Part shown: one piece after another, positions 51,904-64,000 of the stretch | How positions within the stretch are numbered: position 1 is the stretch's first letter | How the letters are laid out: every line of letters begins with the position of its first letter | Assembly (NCBI GenBank): GCA_951804945.1 | Contig: OX638163.1 | Location: forward strand, 21,204,001 to 21,268,000 | Length of the DNA stretch: 64,000 nucleotides | Direction: 5' to 3' | Source: Podarcis cretensis | Lineage: Eukaryota | Position numbers and translations under genes: made by a program | Notes under the pieces: generated by a model | Told to the model about the DNA's origin: nothing | Seen by the model: the letters and a program-made list of their open reading frames with translations, nothing else | The model's database searches: none

Positions 51904-53668
51904 TTCTAGAATAATACCATTTATCAGGCAACAAACAGGAACTAAACTGAGGTATCGTATGGGTCAGATTTTCTTGAGGTGGCAGGACAGGAAGTTAATG
52001 GCTCTTCACTGCAGGCTTAACGGGCAATGAAACTGCAGAGCAAGTAAAGTGGATATTTATTCAGGCAAGTAAAGGCTCCCAGACTGGCATGCCATTATAA
52101 TTTTAAAATATCTGTTTCTCAGAGTGAAGCCATCACCAGCTCTGCTTTAATAGGCTGATTCCATCAGAAAGAAATCGGTTGCTCTTTCCAACAAATATTT
52201 CAAGCATGCTTTGTGTAAATTACAAGGGAGGGGAGAATATAACTTCAAGGGCAGAACAGTGAGATGCAGAAAAATAAATTTCCAAGATTTCTGTTTCACA
52301 CAGATCAAACATCAAAAACTATTTTCTGTAACCCCCCCTCAGTATATTTCCATCATTATTACTATTCTGAAACGCAACATGATTGTGAAAATATTTCATT
52401 GAGCTTTCCAGCCACTATTGGGCAGTCAATATAACGTTCTATGGTCAGTTAAGCTGCAGTCTTACAAACATTTCTAGTTTAAAGATTTTTAAAGCACACA
52501 ATTTTCTTAGTTTCAAATACACATATTTTTTCACCACTCTTGCCAGTGGTGTTTGATGGCTGGCACAGGACCCAACACTGGCATCTAACATGCCAGGGGA
52601 AAGGGGGCAAATTGACAGAAAGGGGCCATTGGCCCTTGCTTTTCCTTTGAAGCCAGCCCCACTCCCTTTTCTGGTAAACCCAGTCTCTTGAGCCAAACTG
52701 AGGCTGCAAAGGGTGAGTGGCCACATAACTTCCAAGGAGAAGGGCCGGTGCTGGCCAGCATGATTCCTGAATGTGGGACAGACCTGCACAGGGTATGTGC
52801 CAGAGAGGGTCAGGATTCTGAGTCAGATGATTACTTACTCCCTGGCAGTGGACTTTCACTGATATACTTTCTGCACTCTTATTATCCCATCATGACCTAG
52901 GGTGGGAGTGAAACAGCTGCAGTTTGGTTTCATTTCCCCCCTAAGTATGGCTTTAGGAATGCAATTAATGACTAAAACTGGTGCATTAATGCCCCTGCAG
53001 GTCAAGAACAAGAGCCCCGGTGTTTTCTGAACCGTGGTCCTCTCTCTTGCTACTTTAAACTCTATAAAAATGCCTCTATTATCAGGTTAAAGGACTCTAC
53101 AATGTATGTCTTCAACCACTGTTCAAACATCAACATGGCAATATTCACTCCAAAGGATTATAATCTAAGACCTGCTGAACTGTAAACATGGTGAGAAACG
53201 TGGGCAAACCTAGCGCAAATCTCTTTAAAAGTTAAATAATATAACAAATGTATTTTAAACTCTGTGATGAGGGGAAACGAAACAATAGCTTCCCATCAAT
53301 GCAGAACCCGCACTTTGGCTTAGCACTGCCTTCCCAACCCTTACGCCCTCGAGATGTTCTGAACTGCAAAACTCCTGACAGACCCAAGCCAGCAAAGTTG
53401 TAACTGTAGGGGTAGCATTGCGACAACCATGACAATTTTTAGTTGAGCAAAATGGAAAAGAAATTAAAAGTTCCAAGACGAAATTTTGTGATCTGCTCAG
53501 AAATAAATAAATAAAGAATGCTCAGGAGCCTTAAAAAAAAAAAACCTAAACAAAAAAACCTCAAACTCGAAATGCAAGAATGGGAGCTCCCTGAAAGCGC
53601 TGGAGGAAAACACATCTTTTTAAACTCTGCAGTTTCAAACATCTCAAACTCACCAGCATACATCTCAG

Positions 53669-53808
53669 ATCACAGAATCATAGAACTGGAAGGAACCGTG
53701 AAGGACATCTAGTCCAACCTGCTGCAATGCAGGAATATTTTTGCCCAACATGGGGCTCAAAACCCACGACCCTGAGATTAAGAGTCTCATGCTCTGCCGA
53801 CTGAGCCA
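53669..53808 (-). mobile_element. tRNA-Lys(CTT)-headed SINE with CR1 3' tail, in the ATP7A 3'UTR
   Basis: Minus strand GCTCAGTCGGCAGAGCATGAGACTCTTAATCTCAGGGTCGTGGGTT...CCCCATGTTGGGCA followed by a CR1 tail ending ATGATTCTGTGAT. Confidence 0.82.
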
Positions 53809-54588
53809 CTCCATCTTTATGAAGTTACAAAGACATAGACCTTTGAGTAATGAAAAACATCACAAGGCATGGCCCTGACTCCTTGATTCTTTGTGTGGCA
53901 GTGGCTGTGGCAAGAGTGGAGCTCCTCTATACACTTGAAAGCACCGTTCTCACCAGTAGCCTCGGGTGAGTGCACTGAATTGTCTATAGCTCTGTGGCTG
54001 GGATAGGGGGGAGAAACAAATAATGGGAATTATTTCCTTTTTTTTTTCTTCAAATAATGGGAAAACCTGTGTTGCAATGTTTTCTGAAAAATGCCATTTT
54101 ACACATAGCAAATTAGGAAGAAATTATGAAGACAACCATTACAAAATAAGGCACATCTGTGTTTAAAAAAAAAGGAAAGGAAAAAAGAAATCATGGTTTC
54201 TATCCTTACTTGTTCACACTCTATAAAATAATGTCGCGTTGCATGTAAAGACATGGCCTAGAAACCATGGGCTGGTGACTGCCCTTTCACAATCCCAGCA
54301 GCTCAGCAGTGTCTTGCTCTGCACTGGCTTCCAGTGCATACTGTGGCTTGTGAGTGTTGGTTTTGGATAAGCTCTGGCTTGCTAATACTGGCAAAGCACT
54401 GCAGAAACTGCCAGCCTCTTGAGTTAGAAGTGATTTTGGGGGGTGGGGTGGGGATATAATTGCCCTGGTCAACTGAGCAATTGAAATCCAATTCAAAACG
54501 ATCGGAAACACAGTGCAGCTGGTCAGCCTCCAGAATAGATCAGTGCATGAAGAGAGACCAAGTCCACTTCTCAGCAAAAAGAAGACTT

Positions 54589-54865
54589 TCAGAGAATTGT
54601 GTCATCTTCCTCCCGTGAATCTACAACTAGAAGGGAGTGCTTATCTGGCTCACTGAGGACTATGCTGCTGAGGGACCGCTTGTCAGAGAAGAGGGAGTTT
54701 AAGGAAGCTCGGCTGTAAGTGACAATTCGGTCCATGAGGTTCAGCTTTGGAGATCTTGGTCCAGTTTCATCAATTCCAATGTGGACACTGATTTCGGAAG
54801 GGCTCTTCTGCCTCACCTGGCCATGGGTACGCAGTTCATATTTCTCACAGGTAGGTTTCTTATAG
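54589..54865 (-). CDS. ATP7A: ATP7A last coding exon (di-leucine DKHSLL; C-terminal DTIL)
   Basis: [41 protein letters not shown]...[20 protein letters not shown]; TGA at 54591-54589. Confidence 0.96.
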
Positions 54866-55826
54866 CTAAAGGGAAGGGAAAATGCACAAAAATCACGTAT
54901 GCATTAGTTTGAAACAGGGTTGCAATTTAATCATTCAGTTAATAATTATTAAAGCTTGTAGTCTTGACTCTAGATGATAACCTAGAGGCTGAGAGGGAGG
55001 GTGTGTCAGAAGGAAGATGAATTGATATTGATGTTTATATATTCGTAACTTTGTATTAATGTAACATTTTTATATGTAACTGTGTGTTTCTGTAATATTT
55101 TGTTTTAAGTTGTCTATTCTGTACCCCTCTTAAAGAGATTTTTAAAAATATATTAAGAGGTACAGAAATTAAATAATCTATAATCAAATCAAACTGTGCC
55201 AGTTTCCTCCCGTGACTGGCTCCAGAGGTGCCCAGCTACAGTATCATCCATAACCAGAACAGACCAGGCTGAGGAGCCAGACTGTTCTCTATGTTGCCTG
55301 CAATGTCTTTGTGCAAAGGGAGGAATTCCTAACTGGGATGGAAGTGTGGATATAAAGTCTCCTTCTCTTAAAATGCTGCCCCGGGGCTGAGGAGGACAAA
55401 GTGGGAATGTGAAAACCATGGAGTTCAGCAACTAACAGTATTTGTTAGTCTGGATAGACAACTTCAATTTGATCCCCAATTTAACCAAGGATCAAATCAG
55501 TAATTAGGCTAATGAGCTCAATCAACAATAACTGCAAAAATTGGCATGCTCTATATAGAGTTGTGATGAGGCTGAATGAGACAAGCAATGCATTAAAAAT
55601 ACATTATTGAAAGCTCACTGAACTGAACAGCAGTTATGGGGCAGGGGATTCTTCTGGAAAACTGCAGGCACAGGTAAGTCCTACCTGAATTTTCAAAAGG
55701 TAGGACAGAGCCCAGCTTGCTGGTTATCCTCTTTGGAAGAGCAAATTATTTTTCTCAAAATGCAACCATGGATTTCACAAGCAAGTCATGAAAGTAAGAA
55801 GGAGAGGCTTGAGGATACTGTACTTA

Positions 55827-55955
<129 letters not shown>

Positions 55956-56394
55956 CTAGGGGAAGTTAAAGAACAAAGTCACACACATGATTCTGAAATG
56001 CATTTAAAAAAAATCAAAGCATGTTAAATTAGTGTTTATGTAGGGGGCAAAGCAGAGCTGAAGGCAAAACCCAAGTTTAGGATTTATGGACTTGCAGAGG
56101 ACCTAGCTAGAGTGTCAACTGTAGAGTTTTGTAACACTGCATGTTTAATCAAACAGCTGGAATTAGAACTGTCTGGAAACTGCAGCTGGTCCAAAGCAAG
56201 GCCAGCTTGACCATTTATGGTCCATTTACTTTTCCCATCACTTTTTAATTGGTTTTAACCTTTAAACTCATAAATGTGTTGGAATCAGGTTTTTTCTCAT
56301 GTGTACCTGCCTACCCATTGCTTAAGGCCCTCTTCTGAAGTTCAGCTCACTCAAATAACTTTGGGTTTTGGGGCAGCATGCAAATGCCAAAAAT

Positions 56395-56428
<34 letters not shown>
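56395..56428. repeat. (TAAG)n microsatellite
   Basis: Read directly. Confidence 0.93.
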
Positions 56429-56430
<2 letters not shown>

Positions 56431-56444
56431 TCTAATCCAGTTTG

Positions 56445-56725
56445 TTCAGCCCAGACACTGAGGTCCAGTTCTGAGGGCCTTCTGGCAGTTCCTCATTGTG
56501 AGATGTGAAGCTACAGGGAACCAGGCAGAGGGCCTTCTCAGTAATGGCGCCTTCCCTGTGGAACACCCCCCCCATCAGTTGTCAAGGAACTATACAACTT
56601 TCAATAGACATCTGAAGGCAGCCCTGTATCAATAAGTTTTTAAAGTCTGAAATGTCAGTATTTTTTTATATTCTGTTGGAAGCTGCTCAGAGTGGCAGGG
56701 GGAAACCCAGTCAGATAGGTAGGGT
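56445..56725 (+). mobile_element. L2 LINE 3' fragment with (TATG)n tail
   Basis: Similar to the 25400 copy. Confidence 0.78.
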
Positions 56726-56760
56726 ATGTATGTATGTATGTATGTATGTATGTATGTATG
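56724..56760. repeat. (GTAT)n microsatellite
   Basis: Read directly. Confidence 0.93.
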
Positions 56761-57029
56761 AATGAATGAATAAATATTGGAAAAGCTTCCCTTTTTTCTA
56801 CCCACTATAATTCGCATGAACATTTAAGAATGAGTTTGGGTATCAGTTGCAACCCTTAACATTCTTCTTTCTGTGCAACATATTTATATCAACTGCAGCT
56901 TTCTTCTTTTTCTCACACACAAATTTCTCCCACATAAGGAATTGTTAATTGATATATACTTGCAATTAATGTTCCATGGAAGAAAAAAAAATGCAATATT
57001 ATACATATTGTCAAAGTCCAGAATCATCA

Positions 57030-57179
<150 letters not shown>

Positions 57180-57225
57180 TTACATTGGTGGCATAATTTG
57201 TTTTACATTGAATTAAGGGTCTTCA

Positions 57226-57489
<264 letters not shown>

Positions 57490-57931
57490 TCAGACACAAA
57501 AAAATACAGCTGTTAAGAATAATGAGTTCTGTGGAACTACAAGATTCTCATCTTGGAAGAACATTCCCCCAACAATGAGTGGCATTGCTCAGAAATATCA
57601 AAGCATTATTTAACTCAGTACATCTCAAGCGATCTGATGCTGTAGACCAGCAATCCCTGCCTCCAAATGTTCCAGGGACCAGTAGCATATCTGGTCCCTG
57701 AAGCATCCCACCCAACCTGAGCTGTGGTGGAGTCACCAGGGACTGACAGCTGGTGGCTCTCAGAACCTGCCTGTGGACCACCACTTTGAGTAGCACTGAT
57801 TTAACTGATGCTCTGATGACTGAATAAGTAATCTACTGCATTTTTTAAAATTGAAGGGGGGAACCTTTGGACCTTGTAGGCATTAGGAAAATTGCCTGAA
57901 GCAAGGCAAGCTAACATATGGAACAGCTTAC

Positions 57932-58074
57932 CTGAGAGGCAATAGACCTGGCTGTTTTGCTGTTATCACCAGTCATCAGAACAACTTCTAAACCCATAGC
58001 CTTCAAAGTACGGACTGCCAGCTCTGCTTCAGGTTTCACAGTATCAGCAATAGCTACCAAGCCACAGAGTTCTC
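57932..58074 (-). CDS. ATP7A: ATP7A exon 19 equivalent (TGDN)
   Basis: [47 protein letters not shown]; 143 nt. Confidence 0.96.
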
Positions 58075-58342
58075 CTAGACAGACATGAATATGTTTCCAT
58101 TAATCCTCTTTGTTTTCTGAAGAGAACAGAAAGACTATTTTTTCCTCTTTCCTTCACCCCCCCCCCCTTTCTCCTTCCACCCACAGGGCATTGCACAAAT
58201 TTAAAGATGGGCTGTTCTTCTCACTTTCCAAGGCAGTGATACTGGCTTCCTGGGGGGAAAGCTTCCAGAAAGTTTCCCAAAGCCCTAGAACTATTGGTAT
58301 TTAGCTTGTCTTACATGCAGAACACAAAACTTTAAAAGTTAC

Positions 58343-58564
58343 GCTTTAAATATTTTAAATACGCTTCAGGTTACAGACTCCGCTAACCCAGAAATAGTGC
58401 TTCAGGTTAAGAACTTTGCTTCAGGATAGAACAGAAATCGTGCTCCGGCGGTGCAGCGGCAGCAGGAGGCCCCTTTAGCTAAAGTGGTGCTTCAGGTTAA
58501 GAGAAGTTTCAGGCTAAGAGCGGACCTCCAGAACGAATTAAGTACTTAACCCGAGGTACCACTG
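58343..58564. mobile_element. Tigger-like MITE, one end degraded
   Basis: Reverse-complement match to the 43611 copy; CCCGAGGTACCACTG|TA end. Confidence 0.8.
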
Positions 58565-59783
58565 TATGCCACATTTCATGCCCTACTTCCCCCCCCTCCC
58601 TCCCTCTCTCTCTCTCTCCCCCCCCCAAAAAATCTCAAATAATATTTCTAATAGCCAAACCTATCTGAATCAAGGTTCTGTGGGAATCAATAATGCACAT
58701 TAAATGTTATATGCAAATGCATTTAGTGGCAGCTTTACTTGGAAAGCATTTTAATGGAAGTAATTGTAAATACACACAGGTCCTGCTTTGCAAACATAAT
58801 CTGTTCCTGTGAAATGGTTTGTAAGGCGGGTGCTCACATACCAAGCTCCATTCCTTCCTAGGGAGAAAACCACAACATGCCCCCAAATTGTTTAAATAAA
58901 ACCCAGTAAAACCATTAACAACATTACTATAATGAATAAAATCACAAACACTGTTACAATTAAACTACGTACCTGTATTTGTTCAACAAGAAAGCAACGA
59001 AACACAAGTCAAACACAGTTTTGTGGCACAAAGACTTGACAAGGGAGGAGGGGAATGGGGATTTTTCGGTGAATGCAATTGTGTATCTGTAAATTTGTCT
59101 CTCCGTATATCTGTCTCTCTGATTGTTGTTCGGATATCTGATTCAAGGCATTCACTTGGTAATGTTAGGTTACAAATCCTTCATGTGTAGATACCTGAAG
59201 ACTTGATAACAAGTGTTTACATACTGGGACCTGTGTGTATTTTAAGACACAAGTCAATTGAAAATACTTATTTACATTGCTTAATATTTAAAGGAAAATG
59301 ACACTGGATAGGATTACTGTACTGCTTTGTGTTTATATTTATTATAGGAATAGTCAACAGGGAAAAAGAAGTTAAGAACAATGTTAGACCTGCCAGTTTG
59401 ACAGGATTTGTAGCCACACATTAGATTATCTATTAATATTATGAAACAATTCATTTTGAGAACTTGAATATTTTATATAGAAAAATATAGCATACTGTAA
59501 GAACAGGAGAAGAACCTGCTGGATCAGACCAATGGCACATCTAGTGTAGCATCCTGTTATCATATTCTGCTCTCATGGTTAGTAGCCTTTTGATACCTGT
59601 CTCCTCCACAAATTTGTCTAATTCTCTCTTAGAGCTCTCTTTTATCTGTCTTGAAAATATTTTGCTCCTTAATGCTTGAAGTACAACTTTTTCAGTCACT
59701 GGTTACTCCTCAGCTGCGTTCTTCCCTGCCTTTTCAGTGTATTACACATAAAATCCAATCCTAACCCTCATTATCAAGCTTAC

Positions 59784-59930
59784 CATCCACAGCCACAAGA
59801 ACAGCAGTGCGACCTCGACGTTCGTGCTCAATCATGGCATTATCAACTTCATTTCTGACAAGCAGACCATTTCTAGACATCCACTCCCGGTTTCCAATTA
59901 GAACAGAATACTTGTGGGAACCCCAAGTAG
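59784..59930 (-). CDS. ATP7A: ATP7A exon 18 equivalent
   Basis: [48 protein letters not shown]; 147 nt, phase 1 to 1. Confidence 0.95.
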
Positions 59931-60959
59931 CTGAAAGGAAAATATTACTGCAGTTTCCGAGAAACAGGTGACCTGCTAGTTACACACTACTGCTGATGCA
60001 TGCTAAGTTTGCAGGAGCATTTACTCATGGCTATTCATGAACATTTATTCACTAGGGACCTATGGCTAGGGACCACAGGTGTGTGGTCAGAATTATCCAG
60101 ATTATGCACTTGTGCAACAGTGTGCTTACAGCTGAGCTACATGAGCAGCATAGTCACACGGTACAACTTTAGTTGGGACTGTATTACTTCAAGCTCAAGG
60201 GTAGGGGAAATTGCATGTTTGAAGGCACTCCCAATGTATTCGAGTCTAGTTTTAATCCTGACAAAAGCTTATTTGGGGGTGGGGAGGGAGAAGATTCAGA
60301 TACACATCTGTCCTGATCTCCAGTAAGAGATGATTCAGTCCAGTGAGAACCGCAACACATTTCTCCCACTTGGAATGCCTTGCAATACTTTAAATTGCTA
60401 AAATAAGGGAAATAGTTGACTAAACAAAACTAAAAGCAAGTGAGAGATGCTGCTCCAGGTAGGAAAATATACTAACATACGGCTCCACTGAGTTTTGGGC
60501 TAGCATACACCCCATTTTACTCTCTTCCTCATGCAAAGATAGACAACTGAAAGCTTTCACTTTTGATGCCAAATAAAAGGCAGTTCCCCAATACAGCTGA
60601 ACTCAAGAAACCAGTTTATAGGAAACCAAAAGCTGGCACTTTCAGTTGTGCTTAAAGGAGGGAAAGAGGTAGTGTATGCACTCAAGGCTTACTTCATCTC
60701 ATTCTTGTGACACTAAGCCACAGTTACATCGGAAGTGGATAAGAATAAAGAAGATCAAGAGGAAATTGCCCGTTTCCCTCAGAGCTTTTACAAGGCACAA
60801 TTTAAAACTATTGGGCTGGTATTTTACTTTTTTAAAAGCAAAGGAGACATCAAATCCCACCCTCAGTGGAAGAGAAAGGCTAATGCACCTCTACCAACAG
60901 ATGCCGAAACAAGGCTTCTGCTTACATGAAGCACATTTGACAGATTCATCTCAACTTAC

Positions 60960-61173
60960 TTGGCAACTGCTCATCAATAATCAAGGAGGGATGCATAATT
61001 TCCTCAGTCTTCTCATCCATTTTCACAAGGGCTGAATTCCTGACATTGTTCTCTTCCATGGTCTCACTCCTGCTGCACAGCAGGGCTTCAATATTGGTGA
61101 CTTTACAGCTAATGCCACAGCCAGGGACTACTTGAAAATCAGTACAAGTTCCAAGGGTGTCTGTGTCCAATTC
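60960..61173 (-). CDS. ATP7A: ATP7A exon 17 equivalent (N domain)
   Basis: [32 protein letters not shown]...IIDEQLP; 214 nt; ATP7A-type rather than ATP7B-type sequence. Confidence 0.95.
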
Positions 61174-62401
61174 CTAAAGAGAATATATAATCAGATAGTG
61201 CTTGGGATTTGGTAAATGCATACTAGACTTTAAAAGTCATTCTGCAAAAGCATATACACATCCAAGATTGTAATGCGAGAAACTGAGCCTTCAGAGTCAT
61301 TGGCCCAGTCCTGTGGAACACACTGCCACTAAGGATTCAGCAGGTGCCATCTGTGCCAACTTTTAAATGTGTGAAAACTTTTCTGTTACACCAGGCCTAT
61401 GAAGGCAATAAGGAGTATACCCCCCCCCCCATAATGGCCTATTGATACTTGTATTTAATTTCTTTTTTCTTTTAACTAGTTTTAAACTTTTTTGTTTTTT
61501 TTGTTTTTAAATTGTTGTAAACTGCTGTGATATATCTTTATGATGCAGTGGTATATCAATATTTTTATAAATAAATAATACATAGTAGGTTGAGGGAACA
61601 AAAGTACAAAGGAGCTTAAGACTAAAGAGGTGCTAAGAAATAATCACATATTTGTAAGACCTGTAAATAATGAGGCTCTTCAGAAAGCCAAGTGAGGTTT
61701 ATTAATTTCAGTGGGTCTTCTCTGAGCAGAACATACGTTATATACAACCCCATAGATTTCTAGACAATTCAGAATTGTGTACACAGAGCTGTATTAATTA
61801 TAATTATTTAAATATAATTCACTAAGTAAAATGAACCAGTTACTAAAAATATACTGCAGTAAATATCATTGTGGTGCCCACTGGCTTACATTGTTATCCC
61901 ACCCTTGTTCCAAGCAGCTCAGGGTGGCATGCACGATTCTCTCTCCACCCCAACCCTCCCCATTTGATGACATCCTGATAACCATCCTATGAGGCAGATT
62001 AAACTAAAACAGAGCAATTGGGTCAAGGTAACCAAGTGAGCTTCATGTGTTAGTGGATATTTGAACCTGGGTGGCCCCATCCCAGTATGACATGCTGAGA
62101 GAGACTGTAGGCGCACATCCCTCTGCTGGTCAGAATATTGCCGCTGTTCCTTTACCTCAGAGCATGCTATGAGTTCCAAATCCTGTACTCATGAACTCTT
62201 ACTCCAGAGAGAAATCTGAAGACAAAGACAGCCTTACCATGTCACAACATTTCCAGATAAGGTGTGAATATGTAGCAAATGTGGTTATTTCACTGCATGG
62301 CAGGAAAGTTCAGACATGGCTGTATGTCCCCCACAATTAAGTTGGTGCTTGGCAGATAGTTAAGAGGGTGAATCAAGAAATCTCTGTATTAGCTCCTCTA
62401 C

Positions 62402-62584
62402 CTGTTTGCAGTATTTGGTAATAGCTGCTCCCAGGGGGTGCTCACTGTTGCTCTCAGCGGTTCCCACTAGTGCCAAAATCTTATTGCGTGGCATCCGGTT
62501 ACTCTCCACTAGGATCTTCACCTGCATCACCACTGGAGTTCCATGGGTGATGGTCCCTGTCTTATCAAATACCACAACCTTAAC
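62402..62584 (-). CDS. ATP7A: ATP7A exon 16 equivalent (DKTGT phosphorylation site, SEHPL)
   Basis: [19 protein letters not shown]...[19 protein letters not shown]; 183 nt. Confidence 0.97.
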
Positions 62585-62754
62585 CTGTAAAAAGAACGCA
62601 AACCACATTAGTAGCCAAGCGCTTTCTGTACCCCCCCTTTTTTTGCAGACTAAAGTCATACAAGCTTTGTTTGGGGAAAGATGAAGTTAACCAGATCCTT
62701 TTTAGAAACATGACAGTTTGTGGCCAAACTGCAAAGGAAAGTCTGATTTCTTAC

Positions 62755-62949
62755 CTTGTGAGCCATCTCTAGAGGTTCTCCACCTTTGATCAAGATGCCA
62801 TTTTGTGCTCCTACACCAGTACCCACCATCACAGCTGTTGGGGTTGCTAGTCCCAAAGAACAAGGGCAAGCAATACAAAGCACTGTAATGGAGGCTTGGA
62901 AAGCAAAGCGGATTATCACTTCGTCTTTGGAAATGCTCTTATTGTACCC
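62755..62949 (-). CDS. ATP7A: Copper-transporting ATPase 1, exon 15 equivalent (CPC motif)
   Basis: [65 protein letters not shown]; AG/GT ends; 195 nt. Confidence 0.97.
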
Positions 62950-63170
62950 CTATTGACAAACAAACAATTAGTTGCTTAGGTATGAACAAGGGTTGCTCAC
63001 AAGAAAAAATACAGCTTATTCTAAGGCAACTTTGACCACTCACTAACTGGCTCACAAATTTATTTAGGGCTTAATTCGAAGTGTGGTGCTGACCTACAAA
63101 ATTCTGTGTGGCCTGTGCCCCACTTATCTATGGGACCACCTCCACTTCAAGGCCAACCTAAATCAATATA

Positions 63171-64000
63171 CAGGTGAAACTTGAAAAATTAGAATATTGT
63201 GGAAAAGTTCATTTATTTCAGTAATTCAACTTAAAAGGTGAAACTAATATATGAGATAGACTCATGACAAGCAAAGCAAGATATGTCAAGCCTTTATTTG
63301 TTATAATTGTGATGATTGTGGTGTACAGCTGATGAAAACCCCAAATTAACAATCTCGGAAAATTAGAATATTAAATGAAATCAGCAAAACAAGGATTGCA
63401 AATAGAGCAATATCGGACCTCTGAGAAGTAGAAGCATGCATATGTACTCAGTACTTGGTTTGGGCCCCTTTTACAATAATTACTGCCTCAATGCGGTATG
63501 GATGCTATCAGCCTGTGGCACTGCTGAGGTGTTATGGAAGACCAGGATGCTTCAATAGCAGCCTTCAGCTCTTCTGCATTGCTTGGTCTCATGTCTCTAA
63601 TCTTTCTCTTGGCAATGCCCCATAGATTCTCTACAGGGTCAGGTCAGGCGAGTTTGCTGGCCAATCAAGCATAGTAATCCCATGGGCATTGAACCAGGTT
63701 TTGGTACTTTTGGCAGTGTGGGCAGGTACCAAGAAAATGAAGTGAGCATCCCCATAAAGCTCATCTTTGGAAGGAAGCATGAAGTGCTCCAAAATCTCCT
63801 GGTAGACGGCTGCATTGACCCTGGACTTAATGAAGAACAGTAGACCAACACCAGCTGATGACATGGCTCCCCAAATCAATACAGACTGTGGAAACTCACA
63901 CTGGACTTCAAGCATCTGGCATTGTGTGCCTCCCCATTCCTACTCCAGACTCTGGGTCCTTGGTTTCCAAATGAGATGCAAAAGTTGCTCTCATCAGAAA
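63171..64000 (-). mobile_element. Tc1/mariner transposon with degenerate DD34E-type transposase, truncated by window end
   Basis: TA|CAGGTGAAAC terminus; AAAATTAGAATATT repeated within the long terminal region; minus-strand WGAMSSAGVG...HTAKSTKTWF...WPANSPDL...KGAQTKY* (stop 63448-63450). Confidence 0.9.

Noticed and set aside
53742-53808. tRNA-Lys(CTT) gene
   Set aside because: B-box mutated, acceptor stem incomplete and fused to a CR1 tail; treated as a SINE.

Overview
This is vertebrate genomic DNA, not prokaryotic. Its SINE complement (Sauria/Squam1, Squam3-type, CR1-tailed tRNA SINEs) points to a squamate, most likely a lacertid lizard. Two intron-containing genes converge tail-to-tail. 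On the + strand are the last 10 coding exons of angiomotin (AMOT; 11967-31286, about 640 aa in the window, ending in the EYLI PDZ-binding motif); the large N-terminal coding exon lies upstream of the window. On the - strand are the last 9 coding exons (human-numbered 15-23) of the copper P1B-ATPase ATP7A (62949-54589), with all catalytic motifs intact. All splice sites are GT-AG and the phases join. The rest is intron, UTR and intergenic DNA dense in transposable elements: a 3 kb TSD-flanked RTE LINE, a dead Tc1 transposon, Tigger/Tc2/hAT MITEs, CR1/L2/L1 fragments, microsatellites and one 213-N gap. I found no new gene system. The most notable observations are: AMOT lacks the human Ala-rich region and the human p80 start Met; AMOT and ATP7A are adjacent without their human neighbours; an antisense RTE LINE may sit inside a long ATP7A 3'UTR; several TE nests can be ordered by their TSDs; a palindrome-array MITE; and two SINEs with the same CR1 tail but different tRNA heads. 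Human comparisons and TE family names are from recall, not from a search.
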